Below, in pieces: positions 43,188 through 53,415 of a DNA stretch of 64,000 nt. Within the stretch, counting starts at the first letter, position 1. Each line of letters opens with the position of its first letter. The DNA is taken from positions 1,312,001 to 1,376,000 of the forward strand of contig OZ244742.1 of the NCBI GenBank assembly GCA_965219415.1, read 5' to 3'. Under the pieces are notes generated by a model. It was not told the DNA's origin, did not search any database, and worked only from the letters and a program-made list of their open reading frames with translations. This stretch comes from Candidatus Marinacidobacterales bacterium. GTDB lineage: Bacteria > Acidobacteriota > Vicinamibacteria > Marinacidobacterales > DATDRI01. Position numbers and translations under genes: made by a program.

Positions 43188-44222
43188 ATGTCCGACGAAC
43201 CAGCGACCGACCCGAAAAACGACGAGATCCTGCTCCTCGCGACCGAGAGTCAGGCCTACGCTTTCGATCTTTCAGAGACCTTCCGCATTGCGATTGGTCG
43301 GCACGAATCCAACGACATTCAGCTGCACTCTCGCAACGTCTCGAATCACCATGCGGAGCTATTGAGCGAGGCGGACGGTGTCCATTTACATGACCTCCGC
43401 AGCACCAACGAAACGCATCTGAACAACGAGAAAGTCCGCGAGCGAGTCATTGCGAGCGGCGACAACATCCGGATCGGCAGCCACGTGATGACCGTGCACC
43501 TCAAGCCGCGCAAAGTGGCGCGGGAAGGAGCGTCCCGGCTCTATAGCAAAGGAGCCTTCGGGATCGGCACTTCCGACAGCTTGGTTCCCGCGCGCGATAC
43601 TTCCGAACAGCCCCGAAAAACGCACCCCTCGGGGAGCCCAACCGACCTTCCGCTCGCCGATCTTCTCAAGATCTTGACGACGCTCGAACGGCTCACTCTG
43701 CTGGTCGTTCGAAATGGGGCCGCGGATGAGGCAAAGATCGTCGTAGGCAAGGGCGGACTCCTCCACGCCGAGTGCGCTACCGCCAAAGGAGAGAAGGCGC
43801 TTTATCGCGTTTTCCGGTGGGATCACGCCACTTACCATTTACAAGAAGTCCCCCCCGGCTCGGACTCGATGCGCACGATAGCTCTACCCACGGATACGCT
43901 CATCTCAGAGGGTGTCCAACAGGCCGACGGAGTGGACAATCTACTCGCCCAACTGCCAGAAGCACGCGCCGCGCTCACGCTGAAAGAGGACTGTCCGCTG
44001 CCGCTCGCGGCCCTCTCCCCCGCGGAGATCGGCGTCTATCGAAGCCTGATCCGCTACGAAACGATCGAAAAGGTCCTCGAAGCCTCCCAGCTTCCCGACT
44101 ACAAAATCCTTGGCCTGCTCCAGGGGCTAATGCGGAAAGGCGTCTTCGAAAACGCCGAAGCCGTGGACGGATTGCTGGAAGGAACCAGCGTTTCCCTACC
44201 AAAAACGACCGGATCCTCCTAA
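43188..44222 (+). CDS. FHA domain plus DUF4388 (PatA-N-like) protein
   Basis: IGRHESND, VSNHHA, DLRSTN; LADLLKIL, GEKALYRVFRW. Confidence 0.82.
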   Translation: MSDEPATDPKNDEILLLATESQAYAFDLSETFRIAIGRHESNDIQLHSRNVSNHHAELLSEADGVHLHDLRSTNETHLNNEKVRERVIASGDNIRIGSHVMTVHLKPRKVAREGASRLYSKGAFGIGTSDSLVPARDTSEQPRKTHPSGSPTDLPLADLLKILTTLERLTLLVVRNGAADEAKIVVGKGGLLHAECATAKGEKALYRVFRWDHATYHLQEVPPGSDSMRTIALPTDTLISEGVQQADGVDNLLAQLPEARAALTLKEDCPLPLAALSPAEIGVYRSLIRYETIEKVLEASQLPDYKILGLLQGLMRKGVFENAEAVDGLLEGTSVSLPKTTGSS

Positions 44223-44357
44223 CCCCGGCCTTCCGCAACTACCTTGGGGGAATGCTCCTTCCCCGAAAATATTGACCCGACAAAGTTGCGTTGCGTTTCG
44301 CCTGGAGTGGTCCCATTTGGCCGCTCATCACAACAGTCATATGCTTTAGGGCCAAGT

Positions 44358-45083
44358 ATGATGACAAGAACCGACATCCTCCCGTACTACATGCTCCTCG
44401 TCTCAGTTCTCCTCGCCGGATGCGGCGGCGACTCAACCCCCAGCCCCACGACGCCTGAGACTCCCGGCCAGGTCACACTTGCTCACGTCATCGAGGCGAT
44501 GTTCCTGGGCCGGGGTCCGGCGTCATCGGCAAACACCTCGTGCCCGGTGCGAGGGGCTTGGGCCTCTTTCGCGCGGGGAGCCATCGTTCGAGTCATCGTC
44601 GGATCGAGTGTCACGCAACCGCAAAGGAGAGCGATGGAGAGGGAGCTGCGAGCCTTCGAGCTCGCCAGCGGTGGCATCCTCAGGATCGTTGCCGAGGGTA
44701 GCGGCGACCCGAACCCCTTCCCCAACCCTTTCGAGGTCACCTCCGCTACGTTGACGGACGAGGAAGTGGTGGCCCTATGCGGCGCGGGTGCGGGCGGCTG
44801 TCTCGTTGCCGTCCAGGCGAGCGGTCACAAGCTGATCAGCGGGAGGACCGTTCAGAAGAATCAGTTCGCAGGAACGGTGCACGTCCACGAGTTGGGGCAC
44901 GCACTCGGCCTCTGCCACATCAACGGAGCAAGTCTGCCCAATGCGGTCATGGCCAACCCACAGCAAGGCTCTTCCGACAGCTTTGTCGCCATGGAGCTTC
45001 AGGCGATCGAGGCCGTCTACGCCTCCGGCCTGGAGCCCGGGGCGACAGGGGTCGAGTTTCAACGGGCCGGGCTCATCGAGTAG
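44358..45083 (+). CDS. Lipoprotein zinc metallopeptidase (metzincin/matrixin-like)
   Basis: Lipobox LLAGC; HELGHALGLCH and Met-turn AVM. Confidence 0.8.
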   Translation: MMTRTDILPYYMLLVSVLLAGCGGDSTPSPTTPETPGQVTLAHVIEAMFLGRGPASSANTSCPVRGAWASFARGAIVRVIVGSSVTQPQRRAMERELRAFELASGGILRIVAEGSGDPNPFPNPFEVTSATLTDEEVVALCGAGAGGCLVAVQASGHKLISGRTVQKNQFAGTVHVHELGHALGLCHINGASLPNAVMANPQQGSSDSFVAMELQAIEAVYASGLEPGATGVEFQRAGLIE

Positions 45084-45172
45084 AGGCAGCGTCGACAACG
45101 TGGCCTCCCGGCCTGCCAACCGTCGGCTACCAAGGTCCTTAGCATCGTCCTGGAGCTGGTGGCCCCGGCCTT

Positions 45173-45461
45173 TTACGTAAGGAACTCTTGGAGCGGTTCC
45201 CAGTACATCTTAGGCCAACCCGCTTCGAGATGCCCCTTCTCGCCCTGGGGAAAGCCGGACTGGTCGAAGACCAGCCGTGTCCCCTTGCCGTCCTCCCGGA
45301 GCTCGAATCGAACCACCGAATAGACTCCATCTTCCCAGTCCGCCGCCCGCCAGGCTTGAACGATGCGGCGGTCGGGAACGAGCTCCACCTGTCGCCCCAC
45401 GATCCTGTCTCCGAAGCAAGAGAAGGGTCCACCTTCGTCTCGACTGATTTCGGCCGGTGCG
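45173..45461 (-). pseudogene. C-terminal part of an SRPBCC/AHSA1-like protein, 5' end replaced by a giant-gene fragment
   Basis: APAEIS..GGPFSCFG, ELVPDRRIVQAWR, GWPKMYWEPL; N-terminus missing. Confidence 0.75.
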
Positions 45462-45624
45462 CCGCCGGTGCCGGTCCAGCGAAGGCTGCCGTCGTTGTTC
45501 AACACTTGCCGGCCCAGGATGATCTCGGGCGCGCCGTCCCCGTCTAGGTCGGCGAGGGCGGGGCCACCGTCTCCGGTACCCTCCACGTTGGAGCTCAACC
45601 ACTTGACGGTTCCGTCATGCTCGA
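45462..45624 (-). repeat. Fragment A: 163-bp copy of giant-gene FG-GAP segment 61850-62012
   Basis: Ungapped alignment, 7 substitutions counted by eye. Confidence 0.92.
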
Positions 45625-45656
45625 CGCAACGGTCGGGCACGCGGTAAAATACATGC

Positions 45657-45878
45657 ATGCGACTTGTAACGGGCAAGGTGGTCGAAGGCAAGGTCGTCGT
45701 CGAGGGTGATCCTCTTAAGGAAGGGTCCACCGTCACCGTTCTCGCTCCGGAGGACGACAGGAGTTTTGAGCTCACACCGGAGCAGGAGGAGCTCCTCCTC
45801 CAAGCCATCCAAGAAGCCGAGCAAGGAGACTTCATCGATGGTGAACGGTTCCTTAAGGAACTCGACGAGCGAGGGTGA
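45657..45878 (+). CDS. Putative antitoxin (TA module 1)
   Basis: 73 aa acidic, ELTPEQEELLLQAIQEAEQGDFID; GTGA overlap with RelE/ParE gene. Confidence 0.75.
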   Translation: MRLVTGKVVEGKVVVEGDPLKEGSTVTVLAPEDDRSFELTPEQEELLLQAIQEAEQGDFIDGERFLKELDERG

Positions 45879-46186
45879 CGGCGTCACGACGCGTCAGAGT
45901 CCTTCGAAGAGCATCCCGCGAGATCCGTGAGGCCTCCGCGTGGTGGGCTACGAACCGGCCCGCAGCCCTCAACGCCTTCAACGAAGAGTTCCGACGAGCC
46001 TTTCTGTCTCTCTCCAAGCAACCTCTAGTCGGGCCGCTTGTCGCCGACGCCAGGTTCCCCGGCGTCCGACGCATTTACCTTAGTCGCATTCGCTATCACC
46101 TCTACTACCGTGTGAGCGCCGACGGACATGCTGTAGAGATTCTTGCTCTTTGGCACGGCCATCGCGGATCGGAACCCAGACTGTAA
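45875..46186 (+). CDS. RelE/ParE-family toxin (TA module 1)
   Basis: RASREIREASAWW, GVRRIYLSRIRYHLYYRV, ILALWH. Confidence 0.85.
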   Translation: MTASRRVRVLRRASREIREASAWWATNRPAALNAFNEEFRRAFLSLSKQPLVGPLVADARFPGVRRIYLSRIRYHLYYRVSADGHAVEILALWHGHRGSEPRL

Positions 46187-46622
46187 CAGGTTTTTTTTCG
46201 GGACACCCTATGGGTCAGCATTGTTGGCACGGGCTCGCCGTGTTAACCGCTGAAGGAACGAGGCGCTCCAAGTTTGGCTCTTCCTTCGCTTGCGCTTCTG
46301 TTTCGAACGCTCTGCGGACTCTCGATCTAAACCAGCCTTCTCAAAACCGGTTTTTCGTGCCGCAAGCCATGGGCTTCACCGTACAACGGGCTTGCCCGTT
46401 CGGGGTTCCGCCTCGTCCGTAGCCCTCATCCCCAGCGTGGCCCGGAATTCGTCACTTTGAATATCAGCTAACGCTCCCGCCCGGTCCCCCGCAAAGTGCG
46501 CACGCCCTTCGAGAAACTGAGGACGGCAGGTCCTTCGTCTTTCGTCGCACGGGACCTCCACCCAGCATGTGTTATCCTGATCTCAGTCCCACTCCCCGAC
46601 ATCATTAAAGGAAAGGTCCACC

Positions 46623-49154
46623 ATGAAGGGGAGCTCTGACGCCGAACGCCTTCTCGTCGCGCTGGCGAATCACCCCGATCTCGACCCCGATGCCCTGCGC
46701 GCCCTGCTCAAAGCCACTAGACTTCTCGGCCTTGCTTGTGGAGCCCAGCTCGCCCAGTACAGAAACTCCGAGGAACCCCTTCAAGTCGCTTTTGCCGATG
46801 TGCGAAGGCTCGCTCTATTGGCGCGGTGTTACGAAGCGGTCTCCCGAATCCTGTCCGAGCGCTGGCAAAAGATTCCCGAAAGACGTCGGCCTCATTACAC
46901 CCCACACCTGCGATTCCAGATCCTCGAGCTCAAGTCTCTCCTTGGCCTTTCCCAGAAGGAAACCGCCCAGCTCTTTGCGATCTCGAGAAACACCGTGGCC
47001 CGCTGGGAGCAGGAAGTCGCGGCGAACCCAGAACAAAAAACCGTGGGCTCGCTCGTTAAGCCGGATCCTCCTGTCCGGCGCTACGCCGATGTCGTCCGCC
47101 ATCTCATCCACACCATACGCCTCAACGGTTTCGGTGTGGGCTTGATCCGGTTTCGTAGACGGTTTAGTTAAGCTGGCGAAGTCCTCATCCGTCGTTCAAA
47201 CTCGGCCGGACTGACCTGGCCGAGGGTCGAGTGTCGTCGTCTCTGGTTGTAGAATACCTCGATGAAGTCGAAGAGGGCCATCTTGGCCTCGCCGCAACTG
47301 AGGAAATGCTCCCCAAGCTCGTGCTTGACCGTGGAGAACCAGCTCTCGATGACGGCGTTGTCGTAGCAGTTGCCCCGTCGGCTCATGCTCCCGGTCATGC
47401 CATGCGTCTCAAGGAGACGTTGGTAGTCTTTGCTGGCATACGGACTGCCCTGATCGGAGTGATGCAAGAGCCCCGCGGCCGGTTGGCGACGTTTCAGTGC
47501 CATCCGCAACGCTTTGATAACCAGGTGACGGTCGTTAATAGCACTTACGGCCCACCCAACGAGGAATCGCGAGTAGAGGTCGAGGAGCGCCGCGAGATAA
47601 AGCTTCCCGCCGCTGCCGATCACGAACTCGGTCGTGTCCCCGACCCACCGTTGGTTCGGCGCATCGGCGACGAAGTCTTGCCCGAGCACATTGGCCGCGA
47701 CGGGCTGGCCATGACCGCTTACCGTCGTGCGCTTGAAGCGTTTGCGTACTCGAGCAATGAGGCCTTCTGCCTGTTTCAACCGAATCACCCGCTTCCGACT
47801 CACTCGATACCCCTGCTCGTGCAGGTCGTGATAAATCCGCGGACTCCCATAGGTGCGGCGACTCGCCTCATGGGAGGCACGAATCAACACGCGCAACTGG
47901 CGGTCCCGGCGCGCGTGGGCCGACGGCGGCCGACGTACCCAGGCATAAAAGCCACTCCGAGAGACGTTGAGAATCTGACACAGGTGAACGACCGGTACGG
48001 TGGCCTTCTCCGCCTGGATGAACGCGAATCTTACTCGCTCTCCTTCGCGAAGAAGGCCGCGGCTTTTTTTAAAACGTCGCGCTCCACCCGCAACCGCCGA
48101 TTCTCTTTGCGGAGCCGCCGAAGCTCCTCGCGTTCCACGCCCGTCAAGCCCGTCCGGCCCTTCGTCCGATCGGCCCGGGCCTGACGGACCCAGTTGCGAA
48201 ACGCCGATTCGGTGAGGTCAAGCTCCCGGGCCACCCGACCCACGCTCTGGCCCTCATCAAGCACCAGCCGGACCGCGCCTGCCTTAAACTCGTCATCAAA
48301 CTCCCGGCGGGGTCGCCGGGGCTACGTTGTCTTTGCCATTGTGGACATCGTATCCGCCTTTCAGAAAGTGTCCACGAAACTGGATCAAGCCCAGTGGCTG
48401 CAAGCAGATCGCGCAAACGCTCGCCAGGGCCGGCTGGAAGCTCCACCGACGCACCGTCGGGAGAATACTGAAAGAAAAGCCTCCAAAGGCTCCGGTTGCT
48501 GTGAGAACAGCAGGGCCCGCCCGAACTCCCCGCGCTCGCCATCCCCATCACATCTGGATGGCCGACATCACCACCATCCCCAGCCTTTTTCGATTATTCT
48601 CCTTCAAGTTTGTGGTCGTCCTCGATGTCTTCTCGCGTATGCCGCTCGCCGCCAAGCTCTTCTGGAAAGAACCCTCCGCCCACCAAATGTGCCGGCTGAT
48701 TCAACGGGCCGCCCTTCGTTTCGGCCCGCCCCGACACTTCGTCTCCGACAAGGGATCCCAGTTCACCGCCAAGCGTTTTCGGAAAACCCTTCGCCGGTTT
48801 CGCATCCAGCACCGATTTGGAGCCATCGGTCAGTGCGGCTCCATCGCAATCATCGAGAGACTTTGGAGAACTCTCAAAGACGCCTTGAGCCTTCGCTCGT
48901 TCAAACCCTTGATGAGAGTGGATCTCGAGCGCAGGCTAGAAAAAGGGCTCTACTACTACACTTACCTTCGACCGCACCAGGGTTTGGCGAGTGCGACACC
49001 GGCTGAAGTTTACTTCCGTCGAGAACCGGCCCATCTAGCCGCTGTCCATCCTCCTCGAGCACGACCTCGAGAAGGACCCGTCGTTTCTCCTTTTGAGATC
49101 GACTATCTCGACCCGGACAAGATGCTTCCGGTTCTGATTCGCAAAGCAGCCTAG
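46623..49154 (+). pseudogene. HTH + rve DDE integrase/transposase, copy 1, interrupted by IS3
   Basis: RRPHY, HTH LSQKETAQLFAISRNTVARWE, WMAD / VSDKGSQF / IERLWRTLK, RPHQGL; rejoins as GFGGCK after IS removal. Confidence 0.9.
47137..48393 (-). mobile_element. IS3-family element (1257 bp): orfA 48031-48348 with internal TAG, orfB ending at 47168
   Basis: IRs TGGGCTTGATCCRGTTTCGTRGAC; 3-bp GTG duplication; A AAA AAG slippery site; WVGDTT, HSDQGSPY, DNAVIESWF. Confidence 0.93.
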
Positions 49155-49314
49155 CTGCTTCGCTCAACCTCAGGGAATCGACGGTCGTCGTGTGTCTGAT
49201 CCCTTACGTGCGGCGTTGACAGCGCCCGAAACAAAGGACCTAGGGATCTTAGAAGGCGGGTTGAGCCTGAAAAACGATTGGATCCGCGGCTCCAACTCCC
49301 ATTGCACCCGTACA
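49155..49314 (+). other. Conserved 3' end of integrase element 1 ending CCAACTCCCATTGCACCCGTACA
   Basis: Same length and motifs as the 3' ends of copies 2 and 3; terminal CA typical of DDE ends. Confidence 0.75.
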
Positions 49315-49396
49315 CGTACACACACCCATCGATCAAGACGTTTTGCCGGTAGTTGTTGAAGATCTCCCAGTTGTTGGGCTCCCGCCGCGGAATCGT
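49315..49396 (-). repeat. Fragment B: 82-bp copy of giant-gene segment 61029-61110
   Basis: Ungapped, 9 substitutions; TIP..E.NNWE.FNNYRQNVLIDGCVY. Confidence 0.9.
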
Positions 49397-49457
49397 GAAG
49401 GGGGCACCCAACGTTCGGAGAACTATTTCAAGCCCTCTCGAACTCGAGACTGGGTTA

Positions 49458-49507
49458 GCGCACTACTGCGTGTACCGTTTGATACGCAATATTATGTATG
49501 TTACTCT
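49458..49507 (+). promoter_or_regulatory. sigma70 promoter with two palindromic operator-like sites for Xre-RES
   Basis: TTGATA (49479-84)-17 bp-TACTCT (49502-07) with TGn extension; GCGCA-CTAC-TGCGT and ACGCA-ATAT-TATGT. Confidence 0.6.
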
Positions 49508-49525
49508 ATCTTTAAGGAGGGTGTT

Positions 49526-50242
49526 ATGAACCTGGTCATCTACAGCCAACCTAGCCTTAGGTCCACAGCAGAGGCGTTGATTCATCGACTTGGAGTTGAG
49601 GCGGAGTCACAGGTGAGTAGCTTTCCCGTCGCGTTGCGAGCGTTGCCCCCACGGGCTCACTGCGTGCTCGTGCTTTCCGGGAGCGAACCAACCGAGCTTA
49701 TACAAAACAGCCTGGCAAGGCTGGCACGTGGAAGGCGTTGGTCTGGCAAGCTTGTTCTGTATTCCGAGATGCCTAATTTGGAATCGGTTGTTGAGTGGGG
49801 GCGCTTGCTAGAAAGGCATCTGCCGAGACGGTCCTATGTGTGCTTCATGGATAACAAGGTGGCCGACGTACTGAAACTCCGTCCTATTCACACAGGACAG
49901 GGACCCGACACCAGCAGCATTCAAGCGGGGGAGACTTCGACTTTGCGTGGTGACCTTGGCCTGACACAGGAGCAGTTGGCCGCAGCTATCGGCGTTAGTC
50001 CCAGGACAGTTCAAAACTGGGAGTTCGGCAAGGACTCTCCACAGATCGAGCGGCGACTCCGCGATCTATTGGAGTTGAGGCAAGTACTCAAGGAGTATCT
50101 GCCACCTGAGCAGATTCAGCGATGGTTAAGGTCTCTCAACGACGCCTTCGCAGGGGCATCTCCACGAGATTGGATCTTAGATGGCAGAACGCGGGACGTT
50201 CTCATTGAGTTTCGTCGTCTCCAAACAGGCGAACCCTGGTGA
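49526..50242 (+). CDS. Xre/MbcA/ParS-type antitoxin with extra N-terminal domain (TA module 2)
   Basis: RBS AAGGAGG; HTH LGLTQEQLAAAIGVSPRTVQNWE; C-terminal WLRSLNDAFAGASPRDWI. Confidence 0.82.
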   Translation: MNLVIYSQPSLRSTAEALIHRLGVEAESQVSSFPVALRALPPRAHCVLVLSGSEPTELIQNSLARLARGRRWSGKLVLYSEMPNLESVVEWGRLLERHLPRRSYVCFMDNKVADVLKLRPIHTGQGPDTSSIQAGETSTLRGDLGLTQEQLAAAIGVSPRTVQNWEFGKDSPQIERRLRDLLELRQVLKEYLPPEQIQRWLRSLNDAFAGASPRDWILDGRTRDVLIEFRRLQTGEPW

Positions 50243-50817
50243 AACTTCAAGGGCGATGGGAACCACTACTTGCCGAGTTGCGCAGCGAGGCTTCTCCTCT
50301 CGAACGCAACTTCTTTCGCTCAGTCGAAATGCGCCACGCGCACCCCGACGACGTCCTCAGCGGTGAGGGTACACGCCGGAATGGAGGGCGTTTCGTCCGT
50401 CCCGGGGTCCGCGCCGTCTATCTTGCCAGCGACGAGGAGACCGCGTTCTGCGAGGTCACGGCGCGAAAACATCGTCTCGCGGGACACAGCCAGATCCAGT
50501 TGACGGATTACCCGCGAGTCACCTACGTCGTCCAGGTCAGACTGAAACAACATATCGACCTCGCCGGTCGGCGCACAGAACCGGAGGTGGGCGAGCTTGT
50601 CAGTGCTTGCCTCGCCTCGGATATCCGTGTGTCCCAAGCGGTGGGGGAGGCCGTTTGTAATGCTGGAGTGCAAGGGATCGTTTACCCGTCCGCGGTCCCC
50701 GAATGCAAAGGGACGAATCTCGTCGCGTTCCAGGATATTCTTCCTCGGCCGGAGCTGAAGCTTGTGAACAGAGACCGCGTAATCGCGCTTTTCAAGGAGT
50801 GGTCTGAGCGCGGCTGA
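50239..50817 (+). CDS. RES-domain toxin (TA module 2)
   Basis: GGRF, AVYLASDEETAFCE, SQAVG, GIVYPSA, NLVAF. Confidence 0.88.
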   Translation: MKLQGRWEPLLAELRSEASPLERNFFRSVEMRHAHPDDVLSGEGTRRNGGRFVRPGVRAVYLASDEETAFCEVTARKHRLAGHSQIQLTDYPRVTYVVQVRLKQHIDLAGRRTEPEVGELVSACLASDIRVSQAVGEAVCNAGVQGIVYPSAVPECKGTNLVAFQDILPRPELKLVNRDRVIALFKEWSERG

Positions 50818-51040
50818 TCTCATTGAATGGCGGTCACGGCCCGTCTCAATCGCTCTCTCCAGCCTACCGCTTGCGATTTCAGGCACAGCCACAGCCCACG
50901 GCAAAGTGCGGCACGCCCTTCGATGGACTCAGAAACGGAGGCCCCTTCGTCTTTTTTCGTCGGACGGGACCTGCCTCGCCCACCCTGTGTTATCCTGATC
51001 TCAGGTCCACTCCCCCAACATTCTTAAAGGAAAGATCACC

Positions 51041-52313
51041 ATGAAGGGGCGTTCTTGTGCCGAAAAGCTCCTGGTCTCGCTGGCCACCCAGCCCGATCTC
51101 GACTCGGATGCCCTGCGCGCCCTGATCAAAGCCACTCGACTTCTCGGCCTTGCTTGTGGAACCCAGCTCGCCCAGTACAGAAACTCCGGTGAGCCCCTTC
51201 AAGCCGCCTTTGCCGACGTACGAAAGCTCGCTCTGGTGGCGCGGTACTACGAGGCCGTCTCCCGAATCCTGGCCGAGCGATGGCAGAAGGTCCCAGAGAG
51301 GAGGCGGCCTCATTACGCGCCACAGCTGCGATTCCAGATCCTCGAGCTCAAGTCGCTTCTCGGGCTTTCCCAGAAGGAAACGGCCAAGCTCTTTGCGATC
51401 TCGAGAAACACCGTGGCTCGCTGGGAGCAGGAAGGTGGCGACAAATCCCGGAAAAGAAACCGTGGGCTCACTCGTCCGTCCGCACCCTCCCGTCCGGCGC
51501 TATGCTGACGTCGTCCGCCAATTGGTCCACACCATGAGGTCTGCCGGTTTCGGTGGCTGCGAGAAGATCGCCCAGACCCTCGCTCGGGTAGGTTGGAAGC
51601 TCTCCAAACGCTCCGTCGGGAGAATGCTGAAAGAAAAGCCGCCCAAGACGTCGATCCCATAAAGAACGCTAGGTTCAGCCCGAGCTCTCCGCGCTCGCCG
51701 TCCCGATCACTTCTGGATGGCCGACATCACAACGATCCCGAGCCTCTTTCGATTGTTCTCCTTCAAGCTCGTGGTCGTCCTCGATGGCTTCTCACGCATG
51801 CCGCTCATCGCTAAGCTTTTCTGGAAAGAACCGTCCGCCGGAGATATGAGCCGTCTGCTCCGAACCGCGGTGCAGCGGTTCGGCTCTCCCCAACGCTTCG
51901 TCTCGGACAATGGAAGGCAGTTCACGGCAAAACGTTTTCGAACAACGCTGCTCCGGTTGGGCATCCGACAGCGCTTCGGTGCCATCGGTCAGGTCGGCTC
52001 TATCGCGCTCATCGAAAGACTTTGGAGAACTCTCAAAGACAGCTTGCGCCTGCGTTCGTTCAAGCCCTTGATGAGAACAGACCTCGAACACAGGCTTGAG
52101 CAATGGCTCCATTACTACACCTACCTTCGACCGCACCAGGGTTTGGGCGGTGCCACCCCGGCTGAAATCCACTTCGGTCGACCACCCGCCCATCTAGCCG
52201 CCGTCCATCCTCCTGGGGCACGACCTCGCGAAGGTCCCGTCGACTCTCCTTTTGACATCGCCTATCTCGACCCGGAAAAGATGCTCCCGGTTCTGATTCC
52301 CAAAGTCGCCTAG
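51041..52313 (+). CDS. HTH + rve DDE integrase/transposase, copy 2 (frameshifts near 51433 and ~51660)
   Basis: Collinear with copies 1 and 3; WMAD, VSDNGRQF, IERLWRTLK. Confidence 0.85.
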
Positions 52314-52503
52314 CTTCACTGCCGAGCATCGACGATCCCACGGTCGTCGTCTGCCCTGAACCTCACCCACCGCGCCGACCTCTCTCGAAAGGGCGGATCC
52401 GGACTGCATTCAACCGCTGTTCGGATCGAAGAAACGAGTCACATCTCCCGCGCCAACTCCCATTGCGCCCCTACACCGCTCCAACTCCCATTGCACCCCT
52501 ACA
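52314..52503 (+). other. Conserved 3' end of integrase element 2 with tandemly doubled terminus
   Basis: CCAACTCCCATTGCGCCCCTACA (ends 52475) followed by CCAACTCCCATTGCACCCCTACA (ends 52503). Confidence 0.8.
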
Positions 52504-52835
52504 TGATGTATCGTTCGCGCTGAGATCGCGCCCCTCGACAGTAAAAAGCTCGCTGCCGTCGAGACCACTGACAATCCGAATGGCTCCGAGCGCGCTATTA
52601 CTACGCGAGGTGAAGGCCACCTCGGGGAACCCATCCACATCGAGGTCCACCACGATGGGAGTCGATATCACGTTCACCTTAGTGGGCTGTACGGGAGAGC
52701 TGTTCCAGGACCAGTTCTCCACCGGGGTCAGCGGAGCCGGCATGGGTGGGAGGAAGCTGCAGGCGGGTTCCGTGTTGCCGACATTGTTGTCCTCACGCGA
52801 CTCGAGGACGGCGTTGGCACTATCCACGAAGACGT
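52504..52835 (-). repeat. Fragment C: diverged paralog of giant-gene segment ~62098-62430
   Basis: VFVDSAN..ESREDNN..PAC.F.PP..WSW..TPIVVDLDVDGFPEV..VSGLDGSELFTV aligns to the giant protein. Confidence 0.85.
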
Positions 52836-53168
52836 TTCTTCACAGCGTGTCTCCCTTGGAATTACGTGCCTCGTATGCCAGGTAGGGTCGGATGAACGTG
52901 AGATGTCTGTTGCTGTTCACGTCTTCAGCTCCACCCTGGAGGCGGTTAACGCCGGCCTCGGTGATGTGATCGACGCCTTCCGCCGAGGTAGCGGGCGTCC
53001 TTCAGTTCTTCGGGAATCCCATCCACGGTCTCCCACACAGGTGGTCTTCTGTCGGGAGCGACGGTCTCACTCACCGGCCGCCACCTTCGACTCCCACAGC
53101 CTCGAGCTCGCCGGAAGCATCTGCTATAATTGATTATGGCCGTACCAGCGCACGATCCTTTTCGCGCC

Positions 53169-53243
53169 CGTCCCGAGAAGGTTGTCCACGGTGTCATCGA
53201 AGGTGCCGTTGGCGTTCCGATCTTCGAAGATGGCCACGTCAAA
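53169..53243 (-). repeat. Fragment D: diverged paralog of giant-gene segment ~62518-62592
   Basis: FDVAIFEDRNANGTFDDTVDNLLGT versus FEIAFFEDLNDNGTFEPGVDNLVGS. Confidence 0.85.
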
Positions 53244-53415
53244 AACCGACGTCTTGCAGCTACTCCGCGATATGCCCGACGAAATCGATGCGGACGATTT
53301 GATTTACAAGCTCTATCTCAAACAGAAGTTGCACTCAGCAGAAAAAGCAGCGGCGGATGGTGACACCGCCACTCATGACGAGGTTGTCAAACTGAGCGAC
53401 GAGTGGCTCAAGTAG
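53230..53415 (+). CDS. Putative antitoxin (TA module 3)
   Basis: 61 aa, KTDVLQLLRDMPDE..DLIYKLY..THDEV..EWLK; overlaps toxin start. Confidence 0.75.
   Translation: MATSKTDVLQLLRDMPDEIDADDLIYKLYLKQKLHSAEKAAADGDTATHDEVVKLSDEWLK

Noticed and set aside
45462-49396. Diversity-generating retroelement template/variable repeat pairs (fragments A and B versus giant gene)
   Set aside because: Differences are not adenine-specific (in A mostly third-position or synonymous) and no reverse transcriptase is in the window
49405-50870. Integron cassette array (ACCCAAC...GTTAG hairpin at ~49405-49460; attC-like half site after the RES toxin)
   Set aside because: Core sites and pairing are imperfect and no IntI tyrosine recombinase is present; a cassette origin of the TA modules is not excluded
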